A stretch of 63,758 bases of DNA, counting the filler, from Octopus bimaculoides (Eukaryota): the NCBI RefSeq assembly GCF_001194135.2. It is 9 parts of 9 records of this genome, joined end to end, with 100 filler letters (N's around TTAATTAATTAA, not from the genome) between each part and the next. Parts side by side here need not be neighbours in the genome. Positions count along the whole stretch, not along the records: positions 48,081 to 58,878 come from NC_068986.1; positions 58,979 to 62,439 come from NC_069003.1; positions 62,540 to 63,758 come from NW_026354985.1; 6 more parts are not named here. The stretch is one strand, 5' to 3'. A model generated the notes under the pieces. That model did no database searches and had not been told where the DNA came from. It saw only the letters and a program-made list of their open reading frames with translations. This document shows positions 51,061 through 63,758 of the stretch, in pieces; within the stretch, counting starts at the first letter, position 1; each line of letters begins with the position of its first letter. The position numbers were made by a program, and so were the translations under genes.

Positions 51061-52276
51061 ATGTATGAACCTAGAAAGAATACATATCAATTCTTGTGNN
51101 NNNNNNNNNNNNNNNNNNNNNNNNNNNNNNNNNNNNNNNNNNNNNNNNNNNNNNNNNNNNNNNNNNNNNNNNNNNNNNNNNNNNNNNNNNNNNNNNNNNN
51201 NNNNNNNNNNNNNNNNNNNNNNNNNNNNNNNNNNNNNNNNNNNNNNNNNNNNNNNNNNNNNNNNNNNNNNNNNNNNNNNNNNNNNNNNNNNNNNNNNNNN
51301 NNNNNNNNNNNNNNNNNNNNNNNNNNNNNNNNNNNNNNNNNNNNNNNNNNNNNNNNNNNNNNNNNNNNNNNNNNNNNNNNNNNNNNNNNNNNNNNNNNNN
51401 NNNNNNNNNNNNNNNNNNNNCAAATATAGAACTCTATGTATGAACCTAGAAAGAATACATATCAATTCTTGTGTTAGATTTTGATTTTAGAGATTGCAAG
51501 ATTGTAGAGATGCAGTTTCCAACTGAAGATTGCCATACATGCGTAACCATTTCTGTTGCGGGTCTCAAACTTATGCAGTACAATTATGGAGAATTATCAA
51601 TCTTTTATGGTTTTGAACAGATGAAACAGCCTTAACACGGGCTTCATAGAAGAACGAAATGAATTGTTAACTTGCGGCAGTTGGAGCTTAATTCAGGAAA
51701 AATGTAGGCATCGTTCAAGTGTGAGTGAGAAATAGAAGTTGATAATGCTATGGTTTCTGTTTGCATGAATGATTTATTGGGTAAAGCAGATTAGGTAAGA
51801 TAGCGAAACAAACTCATCTCTCTTTTCCCCTTTTGTGCTTTCACCCAACATCACCAGATAATGCTTCAATTAATAGAACGCCATCTTACAAGCAGGTTCT
51901 CATGTCTATCATAAGTCTGTATTGTTCTGTGATTATAGGCGCTCATGTTTGATACGATGAAATATGGTCCACAATTGTTGTAACTTTCCAATAAGAAAGG
52001 TTGAACATCAGTCAAACTGTTGAATATAATTTTGTAATTTAGTTAATTACTTTATTCGCTTTCTTGGGTAAAAGAAGTAGCTAACAGCCACTCGAAATAT
52101 AACGCGTTGTATTGTTTGCTGATATGTTCTTTTTAGGAAAATGGCTCATCAATGTTTTCCTAGAGTAGACCGTACAAACAAACGACATTCGTGTGAAATA
52201 TTACTGTGCATGATCTTTGGTAAGAAATTTTACTTTTTGCCTTAATATATTATTGTGACAATATACTTCCAACTAG

Positions 52277-52518
52277 TTAAAGCTGCAAATGTTCAAATGT
52301 TGATCTTTCTTCAAGGTGTTTGAGAGAACGGCACCGAACGAGTCGAAATTTAAGGTAGATCTGAACTTCATTATAATATGGTGATATAATATTCGGTGCT
52401 GCATTGTCGCCTACTGAAAATACATGACCAACTGTAAGAATACGATCAGGAATGTTCTCCAGCGTAGGGCGTCGTCCGCCCCAGAAATCTAATACAGGCA
52501 TTACCGACCTTTCTAAGG
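52277..52518 (-). CDS. Possible terminal exon of an unidentified gene
   Basis: Acceptor ttttctatgtcaccttag| then an ~80-codon open frame (RSVMPVLDFWGGRRPTLENIPDRILTVGHVFSVG..EERSTFEHLQL*) in non-repetitive DNA; no family recognised, no upstream exon established. Confidence 0.25.
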
Positions 52519-53299
52519 TGACATAGAAAAATAGTTTTCTTCAAACTAATTTCAAGTAAGCAATATCCAGAAATAGAAATCAGAACTTTACACGCTTAAA
52601 ATGTACTGACGTCACAAATTATTAATTTGAAGGATTGTATGCCGCACGGTATCTTTAGAACATTTTATATTGACCAATAAATTTCTTATTTTACAAAGGC
52701 GTTTACTTTGATTTCTTTACAAGAAGACCATACTTTATAATAAATATCCCCGCGAAATTTTGTCCTTGCTATTAAAATTTGCATCACCTAGTATTTCATT
52801 TCAAATTTGACAAACATTGCATGTAAGACAACGCATTATATATAGTTCTCCAAATAATTAATGATCTGATCTAACCCCTATCTAATATAGTTTCACTTTA
52901 ACTTTAACGTATTGATCGTTTTTAAGCGTTGAAAATTCTCCCTTCTAATTCAGGATCTTTGAATTTGAGATTAGTTCGTAGAAGATTATGATCCGTGTCA
53001 AATGCACGGGATTTCCTGTCATCATTCATAACTTCCCTTCTAGTTTGATCATAATCTATGAATATTTCTTGAAACCTGGATGCATGCAAATTCCTTTGAG
53101 GAGCGCTTTATGTTCAAAGAGCGTGTTACATATTGTAAAATTCCATTCTGTGCAGATTCGTTGCAAATATAAACTAATGGAATTTCACTTGGATAGCTCT
53201 ACTCTATAATACTCTAGAGAGCACCATATTTCAACATTTTCGTCAATTCCTGAGTTCAAGATTCTTTATTACTTTATTGCCAACATGAATTTTCCGAAG

Positions 53300-54200
53300 A
53301 AATAATTTTCGTTGCTCATAAATTATATTTGTGTTTCAATAGAATAAGTCTTTGTTGTATATAGGCAATGATGAATATCCTCGATCGAACACAGGATACA
53401 CAAAGGTCAGAAGCATAAATCTATCACTGAAACCACACCGTAGTTCAGTAAAATATGACAGTAATATTGTCCTAATTGCAAAACCTATTCTGGAGTTCTT
53501 CCTCAAAATAATATGTCTACCAAGCCAACATATTGTACATACGTCACTTATTTCAGCATATTTAATATCAGCACCAAAACAGTTCTTATAGAAATAAATT
53601 TCATCGCTGCTGTAAGTTGCAAGATCATAATGCAGTTTTCTTTAGGCATATCTTTCATTGTTTACTAAAGATATTAGATTTCATCAGCTAAGAAGGAAAT
53701 CAGACATTTGCTTCTGGATCGTGCAGACTTTCCTTCTAACACCTGCTGCTATAAATCTTCGGGCTGATGTCTAGAAAATTCTTCTTCGTATTTAAATGAC
53801 CTTACTCAATACGCCACTCTATCGCATCCAGTTCTGGGTAAATCACTCTACCGTAGACTCGCATCATCCAAGCGTATGGGTGGGAATTGTGAAATGAAGT
53901 AAAAGTTCGATGGATGGATACTACATGTACTTCAAATGTTTTACCTTGTCAGAATCGAGATCACTAATGGTGCAGACAATATTTGTTGAAAATGTCTGCG
54001 ACATAATTAAACACTTCGCGAAGCTTTTCAAACGGTAGATCATTCAGGTGATACAACAACGATCAATATCGTTACATATACATACTTGATTGATCCTTCT
54101 GTCATCACAGTTGGACTGTTGTCATGGTATCTTGTTCTTGAAGAATTGTATCGATTTGCATTTGAATATACGTGCGAATTTGGTGGTGATTCGTTGAGAA
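53300..54200 (-). pseudogene. Possible ancient CR1/L2-type RT remnant
   Basis: Frame-shifted pieces in the expected RT order: VMTEGSI, LLYHLNDLPFEKLREVFNYVADI, HIILRKNSRIGFAIRTI, FVYPVFD. Weak similarity. Confidence 0.35.
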
Positions 54201-54289
54201 ACAGTAACTTTGCTTTGCTTCTAAAGAGCAATGAATGTGCTGCAGTGGTTGTCTTTTCGACTATTTGATTTTCTGAATTGTTTGCTATA

Positions 54290-54465
54290 ATATGCATGCG
54301 TATATATAAACACATACATATATACATGCATACGTACATACATATGTACAAAAATACCTTGTTGCTGGCGTTCAAATTCCAATGGCGGAGCCTTGGATCT
54401 AGGTTAGAACCGTACTTTCTCTATTGGCAAGAAATCTTGAAATAAAACTGAATATGGTATACATA
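54290..54465 (+). mobile_element. 3' UTR-only copy of the 6.6-7.2 kb RLE-type LINE
   Basis: aaaataccttgttgctggcgttcaaattccaatggcggagccttggatctaggttagaa..ggcaagaaatcttgaaataaaactgaa, flanked by TACA-type repeats. Confidence 0.8.
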
Positions 54466-57128
54466 CACACATTCATACATTCATAAGTACATACATATAT
54501 GCAAACGTATATATTTGTGAGTTTGAATATGTGTGCTTACGTGTTTGCGTATACATAAGTACAACACAAATGCAAAAACATATCTATACATATACACATA
54601 TACATACACATACACATACACATATACATATACATACATGATGTTTAATATCTTACCTGTTTAGAATTTTACCTGACAATGGTGAATTGCATAATATGAA
54701 GTTAATTTCTGTGAGCACATGGGATAAAATTCTGTCATAAATTTTAAAAGTTTCTGTTTACCTTACTCACGCACGCGCGCGCTCACACACACATTTATAC
54801 GCATACAATATACATACATGTACATTCATATACACAACATACAAACATACATCTGTGTATGCGCGCGCGCGTATGCGTGTGTAAACTTACAAGGTTTCCT
54901 CACTCCTTACGTCTAATGTATTCACTAGTTTACCGTGGGTTGTAGTAAAAGACACTTGCTCAATGTGACACAGGGCGGCACATGACTTCTTAATCATAAA
55001 GCCATTCTTGCAAAATTTCGTGAAGATTCTCTGGTAACATTTAGAAGCAACAAAGAATCATATTTGATATGTTACTTTGGCAGATTAGCAGCTTTAATTT
55101 CAATGGTGTCTTAGCCGCAAGGTGATATAATGAAATTAATCGTTTGTTTAGATCACTTGCTCTCCCATATTGAACGGCATTCCGCCGTGTACATTTCCCC
55201 TAAAAGCTAACATTAAATATTTTTATTTAATTCCCGTAATGAATCTAGTAATTTAAAATCCTATTCTTTTCCAACATTTACTTGTAGCAGCAAGTCGCCT
55301 GCGACATTTTTACATCGATTGGAACTTTATCCAGCGAGACAATTGCAATGTTGAAAGTTTTCAGCAACAGTATGTGAAGAATTATATATATATGAAATTC
55401 AACAAACACCTATTTTATATACACCATATAAAGTAGAAATCAAATTTAGAAATTGTTTCGGATTTGTATCTGGCAATCTTTGAATATTTACGAGGAATCA
55501 TTTATATGAACAGACAAATAGAGAAAATATACATAAATATACTGTCATATTAACATGCCGGCAGAATATTTATGTGTCTGCAGTCGAATACAGGAATACG
55601 TATCGATACACACCCAAATACACATACGCGCACACACACACACGCATACACGCCCACATATGTTTATATATATATGTATGTATATGTATATAAATATATA
55701 TATATATATANNNNNNNNNNNNNNNNNNNNNNNNNNNNNNNNNNNNNNNNNNNNNNNNNNNNNNNNNNNNNNNNNNNNNNNNNNNNNNNNNNNNNNNNNN
55801 NNNNNNNNNNNNNNNNNNNNNNNNNNNNNNNNNNNNNNNNNNNNNNNNNNNNNNNNNNNNNNNNNNNNNNNNNNNNNNNNNNNNNNNNNNNNNNNNNNNN
55901 NNNNNNNNNNNNNNNNNNNNNNNNNNNNNNNNNNNNNNNNNNNNNNNNNNNNNNNNNNNNNNNNNNNNNNNNNNNNNNNNNNNNNNNNNNNNNNNNNNNN
56001 NNNNNNNNNNNNNNNNNNNNNNNNNNNNNNNNNNNNNNNNNNNNNNNNNNNNNNNNNNNNNNNNNNNNNNNNNNNNNNNNNNNNNNNNNNNNNNNNNNNN
56101 NNNNNNNNNNNNNNNNNNNNNNNNNNNNNNNNNNNNNNNNNNNNNNNNNNNNNNNNNNNNNNNNNNNNNNNNNNNNNNNNNNNNNNNNNNNNNNNNNNNN
56201 NNNNNNNNNNNNNNNNNNNNNNNNNNNNNNNNNNATATATATATATATATATATACACATACATATTTATATGTATAAAATTGTATATATGAGGTGAATT
56301 ATATTAAGACATTTACACACACCGTGAGACATACATACTTACACATCTATTTCACATAGTGATGCAACATATACTCTACGCTGAATGCATTTCAGAAATA
56401 TAGATAGATAGAGAGACACAGAGAAAATCCATTAGTCATGATCATCATTACATATGTTAGGTCATTCATGTTACTCGTATCTTGCTGTATGTCATATCAA
56501 TCATATTATATGGCATTTGCGATCTTATGATGTCAGGATATCATACTATCATCAGTAGTGATATCACCATATATTATAAGGAAAGTTACAACAGTATTAA
56601 TCTTCCAGACTTTAATTTCAAAGTTTCCTTAGTATTGTGTATCAGTTTAACGGTAGGAATGTAAATAATGTAATATCGATTAAAATATAATTTTCTCTTT
56701 TTGCTTTCATGGATCCTTAGTTTAAGTAGTAAAGTTAAATTAAAATGTCTTCGATATTTATTTTCCTCTAAATAGATATTGATATGGTCAACATTAATAG
56801 TTTAGTATGCGAGTGACTAAATAGGTTGAGGCTCTGCGACGTCTATGTATACTATTTAATGCATCGGGCTCACTTATAAACTAATTGCTATCTCTATGTG
56901 ATAGAATCTAATATAAATATCGGTCTGTTAGTCTTTCGGTCGGCTGGTCGGTTGGTCGTTTGGTCAGTCGGTTGGTCGGTCGGTTGGTTGGTTGGTTGGT
57001 TGGATCTCCACTTCCGCTTTATATTACATAGAGAGGTTGCAGAGAGAAAGGGAGAGTAAAAGATAAATTCGTAGAGAGTTCAAATAAGAGGTACATAATA
57101 GACCTTGAGATAGCTATTGACTGAGACG

Positions 57129-57207
<79 letters not shown>

Positions 57208-58334
57208 ACACTCACTTTCACTGTGGGTGTAAAAATTATAGAGGTAAACGATGAAGAGAAGGCGTGAAGAAGAGGAAGAGATGATGATGACTAAGAAGAA
57301 AGAAAGGGAGAAAGAGAGGAGAAGAGAATCGTGTAAACGACAGTAACTGGTGGTGTTAAACGCTTAAAAAATCTATATGAGGTAATAAATATTTTTTGTC
57401 TTTAAAACTTCATAGTCTTTTCATCATTTTATATAATTAGCAAGAAATTTGATAAAAATAAAATTTTAATTAGAGTATATATGTATATATGGTGTATTTC
57501 ATTATATTGTCGATGGTAGGGAAACTTTACTTCCAGCGTATACATATGATAAGCAAAACTAACGATTATGACAATTGTTTATTGGGATTCTTTGAATTTA
57601 AGGTAACGGTGAATTCTTCCACATAATCGTTCTTCCTTCTCAATGTAATAACTATAATTACGCTGATACATGTCGCCAAGAAAGGCGCCTCCGTTTAGAA
57701 ATCTCAGTATAATGTGTCATTTTATCAACTTTCTATTATCATAATTCTAGTGAATACAATATACCTTTATGAAACATTCATTATTAAAGCAGTCGAAGTA
57801 ATAACAGTAACATCTATATTCCATGGATGCCGTGTTGCTTGGATTTTGAATATTTATAACACACTTGACATTTATAGTCATCTCTTAAAATCTGGGGATT
57901 ACTTAAGACCTTGACCTGTTCTCTGACCAATGGGAAAATTGCCTGGTTACCGGATGCTGCACCTATGCTTACCAACGTGGAAACAGAACAATGATCGGAT
58001 TTAGTTAATCGGAAGTGGAAAAGCGTCGACATGAACAGCTGGTGATGAGTCATGTTAGATTCAATATAGCTGTTAAATTCAATGTAAATTGGGAAAGAAT
58101 AACAGATTACAGAAATAAATAGTTGTTTAAAAGTGATTCATAGATGGTTTATCGTAAACGATAGGCTAGCGTTGAGTATGGTCCCCCATCAACATTTGAC
58201 GTGAAACACGACACCAAGAATGCTGTCAGTCCTAGAAAGGACGATGTCATTGTTGTTTGAACCCCAGGAAAACATCTTTTCCTTTCCAGTTGGTTATCGA
58301 CACGCAGTTTGTGTTCGTATAGCAGTTTGTGTCG

Positions 58335-58739
58335 GTAGGAGTGGCTGTGTGGTAAGTAGCTTGCTTACCAACCACATGGTTCCGCGTTCAGTCCCACTGC
58401 GTGGCCCCTTGGGCGACTGTCTTCTACTATAGCCTCGGACCGACCTAAGCTTTGTGAGTGGATTTCGTTGACGGAAACTGAAAGAAGCCAGTTGTAAATA
58501 TGTAGATATATATGTATGTGTGTGTATATGTTTGTGTGTCTGTGTTTTCCCCCCAACATCGCTTAACAACAGATGCTGGTGTATTTACGTCCCCGTAATT
58601 TAGCGGTTCGGAAAAAGAGACCGATAGAATAAGTACTAGGCTTACAAAGAATAAGTCCAGGGGTTGATTTGCTCGACTAAAGGCGGTGCTCCAGCATGGC
58701 CACAGTCAAATGACTGAAACAAGTAAGAGTAAAAGAGTA
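58335..58739 (+). mobile_element. SINE B, full length
   Basis: Complete head, short internal tract and tail ending aaacaagtaagagtaaaagagta. Confidence 0.9.
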
Positions 58740-58978
58740 TATATATATATTTCAGGCTGCAAGTTCGTCAGTGGGATTTAAATCTCATAAATCCAGAGAT
58801 TGGTTCTCAGATAGATCAGCAGAAATTCATGATCTACTTTTAGAAAAACAAAACTTAGTCAATACACTGCTCTCTCAGNNNNNNNNNNNNNNNNNNNNNN
58901 NNNNNNNNNNNNNNNNNNNNNNTTAATTAATTAANNNNNNNNNNNNNNNNNNNNNNNNNNNNNNNNNNNNNNNNNNNN

Positions 58979-59031
<53 letters not shown>

Positions 59032-59254
59032 GATAGATGCATGTTAGTTTTTCATCCGTTTGTGTTCGATATTACATGTTGCAATTGTACACTGGTATCT
59101 TTTATTGACTAGCCCCACCCAATGAATTTCAGTCTTTGTGCCTATAGTAAAAGTTATTATTATTATTATTATTATTATCGTCATCATCATCATCATCATC
59201 ATTATCGTTATTGTTTTTGTTGTTGTTGTTATCATAATCATCATCGTCACGGAA

Positions 59255-59470
59255 GCAGTGCACCGGTGGAGTCGCTAGATCGACGGAATAACGCCTTGCA
59301 ATATTTTTTTCCGGCTGTTTATGCTCTAGCCTGAGCTCCGCAGGATGTGAATCTTACTTTTCTTCTGCTCCGGATCGATAAAAGAAGATAGAAATCAAGC
59401 GCTGGTACCGAAGAAATCCACGAAGCCTACCCCTACATCTTTGCCTTTGTACTTGTATTTGAAACAATCC
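59255..59470 (+). mobile_element. Old diverged SINE A
   Basis: ggtggagtcgctagatcgacgg..tttatgctctagcctgagctccgcagg..ccggatcgataaaag aligns by eye to the SINE A head and body. Confidence 0.55.
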
Positions 59471-62350
59471 ATCATATAATATATTTCCAGTAGCGTTGTT
59501 CGGAGTACAGAGATTAATATCATCAACTCTATCCTTGCTCCAAATTCCTGCTCTCGTATCTTTGTTAGAAACAGTTATTATTGGTGTTGTTGTTGTTGTT
59601 TTTCTACGCTGTGTTGGGTACTCTTCACTCATCTCTCTCTCTATATATATGCATACATGTTGACACACCGATGCACTCAACTCTCATTCTTACACCCACC
59701 CACCTACATACATAAATTGCCCGATTACCTGTATAAATGAGAAGTAGACTTTGTTTAAGGTATTTCTTATGAAAAACAATTGTCCAGGCATGTTTGTTCT
59801 TTAGAACTGGACGTCTTGAAGGAAGCTAGGCTTAACAGGGATTTTGGAAAACTTAAGACGCTAATATAATCTGAAACCACATTATACTCCGGAGATAACG
59901 ATACGCTATATACGATATATGAGACCATTTCTCAGAATCTCTAATTCCTTCTCTCTCTCAAATTCTTTCTTTTTATCTGCCTCGCTACTGCAATGACATC
60001 TATTCCAGGAAACTGGTTGGTTTTATACCTCCAACATTCAGACATCCCTGAAACTCCTCGTCTTGCCATTTTCCGTCACTTTTTTTTTCTTTTTTGGCGT
60101 CCAACTCTCAGCCTCGCATTTTCCACCATTCCCAGTCATTTCTATTTTTCAGAACATCGGCTTTCTGGAGTTTTCTACCTGTAACAGTTTAACCGGATCA
60201 TTAACAACATCAAGCTCACAGGCCACGAAGGGTCTGCAAAGGTTTTAGGCAGTGTTCATTTTATCAAATTCATCAAGTAAAATCTAGGAAATATCGCCAC
60301 CATAAAGGTAGCGGTTAACATCACACAATTCATATACGTAAATATAAGAATAAACTTGTATGATTGCATTATTTGTTTTGAGGTTTTCCCTTATTTAATT
60401 CCTCTCTCATAAGTATGTTAATCTGGACTAAAATCGTTCGAACGCTTGGTCAGAACGTAGCGTAGGGGACTAAATAGCTAAGCAAAGACCTCATCATGCT
60501 CAATGTCATCCAGTTGTTAGAATACTTCTCAGACTCTATTAATTAATTAATTTACTGCTTTTTAGATGAAAGAAAAGCCAAGACTTCGAGAACTCTCATG
60601 TACCTACTTTTTAAAGCTATATGATTGCGTTATTGACACATAATTATCTTTGGATAACGGAGTGATTACTTTTTACGCGTAACATATAACTTCAAGATGA
60701 AAATTTCAAACCTTTGAGATCTGAATTATTTGTTTCATTAAAATGCATTGAAGCTAGGAGCGACTCCAGTTACATCTACATCATTGAGTCATATATTTAA
60801 ATAAACAATAAAGGAATATTAATTCCTACACAGTCGTAAGATTTTCAATTTATAGAAAAGATAGAACTTAATACTGCAGATCCAGTGGCTGTTAAATTAG
60901 CAGCTAATATATCAACATCCAACACCCAGAGCAATTTAATAATAAAACTAATTCTGGTCTAACACGCAAGTTTGGACGTCTATTGGACTTAACCATTAGT
61001 AAATCTTATATTGATGTGTCTAACTATATACATGAATTGTTTTTATAAAAATTAAGCTTCTCTCCCAATGTGATGCTATCAACTGTTGAAAATTAAAGTT
61101 CATATCAATGAATCCTTTTAATTCAGAACAAAGAGGTATTTGAACAAGCAACAATGAAATTGTAAGCATTTTTGTTTAATTTCACTTGACCCCCCCCCCC
61201 CCTCATGCTTTTCCCTTTTCGATTCCATGCAGGATGAAACTTCAGTGTATAATTTTACAACTATCTGCTAAATGGAATATAATCAAAACAGTTACATTGA
61301 CAGTACCTTAACAATCTCGCATTTATGTTTCTTCAATCAAGAAATTCCGTGTTTCATTTATAACAAAACACTTGAAAATCTTAAACGTCATCGTATATTA
61401 TATGAGTAAGTGTGATATTAAGTAGATATTAAAAGAAAAAAATTAGTTGGTAATTTTATCATTTGTACTGTTACAAAGCCCATTGTCTGGAGAAATGGGA
61501 TTCCATAATTTCTACTGAATATCTAATGTTAAATGGGCATTCCATGTTAAGAACAGCATGTCTGTATAACGAATCGATTGTTAGAAACATTTTAGCCCTC
61601 TATTTAAATCTTTCAATGAATGAGCCTATGTGTAGTCGCTCAATTTGATGGAAATAACAGACAAATTCCCAGGAATCACACCTACAATCCTAAAATAGAA
61701 GAAGAAATGTTTTAGACAAACTTACAATGAAAGTTAATGTAACAGCTGGAATGCATTGAACCGGATGCCCCATCTGTCAAAGCAGACATGGCAGCTAAGC
61801 AAGAACGACAACAATTATAATCCACTGCGAACATTACCATACCTCTCTACTTAATCCAGTTCTAGCACCATCACAATTCCGTGTCTAATCTCCAGTTAGC
61901 AATAAACATCTCTCTGTATTATCGAAACTTTGCAGCCATAAATCCGCGTCTGACACCACCATACAACTCTACATAACCAACATTTAGGATTACCATACTT
62001 CGAAATCTAATCTGCTGTTAACACCACAGTAAATCACTTCTAATTTAGTGTTAGCACATCATTATTATTTACTAGATCCACTGACTGTAATACCTTTCCT
62101 CTTACTTAAAACATACCGTTATAATTACCAAACTGTAAGCGACACCCATATTGTCGAAGGCTCATGGCCACACTACACCTATTTTGCTAATCCATTGTTA
62201 GTGATGTCTTCACTCTTTACGTAATGCACCAGTGTAATCCTAACACCTTTCTACAGAGTACAATGTCAGCAAAACCAACCCTTATCTGTCTGACTAATCT
62301 ACTTCACTCTTGTAAATACAATTCTCTAAGCCTATCTCTTTAGGATTGAT

Positions 62351-62439
<89 letters not shown>

Positions 62440-62540
62440 NNNNNNNNNNNNNNNNNNNNNNNNNNNNNNNNNNNNNNNNNNNNTTAATTAATTAANNNNN
62501 NNNNNNNNNNNNNNNNNNNNNNNNNNNNNNNNNNNNNNNG

Positions 62541-62571
<31 letters not shown>

Positions 62572-63499
62572 GTATATATGTTTATATACATGTTTGTATA
62601 TATGTATAGGAAAGGTGTATATAAGATATATGTATGAACTGATTAATAGAAATTTCTGTATTTGATGCGGATGCATGGGTGCACATTAGGACATAGTAAA
62701 TGGGGCTGTGATTTTTTATTCTTAAATTTTTTTTTTTTTAGCTCCGGTTGAAAGGTAGGAGTTCATTATCTATTGTGTCCATCATAGAGACGGAAAAATA
62801 TTTGGGTACAATTTCAAACATGTCGAACGGGCAGGAAGCTGGTCATATCCCCATTACCGCGAAAGCCGCAGTTTTTACGCCACTCCACTGTCCTGAGACA
62901 CAGTCAAACACCTGTAATTACATATAGTGCTATTTTTATTTGAAGTAAATAAATATTATATATCATAAATAAATATAGAAGTAGGTCAAAGAAAATTTTC
63001 TTCCATATATTTCTCAAGTCTTTCATTTCACCAATTACAAAACTAGAATTCGTTGAGAACAAGGAGGGGACTATTTAGATGTTGCTACAAACAGCAGCCA
63101 AAACCACCTTAATTCATAATTTATAGCTGTAGAAAAGGATAGGACATACACGAAAACGTAGTCTGCATAAGAAGATGAACATGGTCCTCATTTTTAAGAA
63201 ACATTTCGTTGCATTAAAAAAAAAAAAAAAAAAGCAACACGAAGGAAGTAACCCTCTACACTTACACACCCATATTCACCAAATCACACACATACACACA
63301 CACACACACTCACTCACACATATATGTAAATTTACAACAGAAGTATATATCTAAAATATATAATTATATATATATGAGGTAGCTAATATAAATGTATATA
63401 AAATATAATATTAATATATAAATATATTTCATACATCTACTCTGTGTGTGTGTGTGTGTGTGTAGACAGATCGATAGATAGATAAATATATGTACTTGT

Positions 63500-63712
63500 G
63501 TGTATCTGTGTTATCCCCACCATCGTTTGACAACTAATTTTGATGTGCTTATGTCCCCCGAAAGTTAGCGGTTGGGTAAAAAAACACCCATAGAATAAGT
63601 ACTTGGCTTACAAAGAATATATTCTGGGGTCGATTTCTTCGACTAAAGGCGATGGTCCAGCATTGCCGCAGTCAAATGGAAAAAACAAATAACAGAATAA
63701 ATAAATAACAGT
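63500..63712 (+). mobile_element. SINE B 3' half
   Basis: atccccaccatcgtttgacaac..tagaataagtacttggcttacaaagaat..ctaaaggcgatggtccagcattgccgcagtcaaatg. Confidence 0.8.
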
Positions 63713-63758
63713 ATATATATATATAGTATGCATATATGAAGTATGTATGTATATATAT

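Noticed and set aside
51047-51472. Identical ~52-bp sequence on both sides of a gap
   Set aside because: Probably an overlap or collapsed tandem at a gap edge; cannot be supported as a real duplication.
54657-55409. Small minus-strand exon candidates (55282-55409, 55157-55199, 54657/54673-54731)
   Set aside because: Several mutually incompatible phase paths, weak acceptors and no recognisable protein; consistent with chance GT/AG in AT-rich DNA.
59354-59680. 108-aa ORF with a strong gtaaga donor at 59357, phase-compatible with a candidate exon at 57973-58069
   Set aside because: The 3' half and the donor lie in the antisense strand of a diverged SINE A, the 5' half in SINE tail and microsatellite sequence, and a join marker separates it from the next exon.
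61700-62330. Faint RTE-like peptide echoes on the minus strand
   Set aside because: Too degenerate to assign without a profile search.
6070-62495. TTAATTAATTAA islands at 6070, 14025, 34629, 38443, 42113, 48025, 58923 and 62484
   Set aside because: Each sits centred in a 44N+12+44N block and has stops in all six frames: an assembly join marker, not biology. Order and distance across these joins are uncertain.

Overview
AT-rich, microsatellite-saturated eukaryotic genomic DNA with many N-gaps. The repeat content suggests an octopus/cephalopod genome (inference from recalled SINE/LINE repertoire; not searched). I can support no intact host protein-coding gene: nearly all listed ORFs are microsatellite read-throughs, gap-spanning artefacts or transposon fragments. 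The window holds three tRNA-headed SINE types (labelled A, B, C here) in ~25 copies, a decayed mariner transposase (9.84-10.64 kb), a ~2.85 kb 5'-truncated RTE-clade LINE (35.5-38.3 kb), and fragments of L1/Tx1, CR1-like, R4/Dong-like and Penelope-like (PLE) retroelements. It also holds a 126-bp TA-flanked MITE and a ~3.5 kb CpG-dense (TACG)-based satellite (38.5-42.1 kb). The most interesting observation is a short element built as tRNA-like Pol III head + (AAT)n spacer + a tail carrying a minimal type-I hammerhead ribozyme (best copy 23283-23548, ribozyme 23431-23476). Two further tail copies sit in inverted orientation at 50.1-51.1 kb, and a head-only copy at 42.3 kb has a Dong-like LINE fragment adjoining its AAT spacer.
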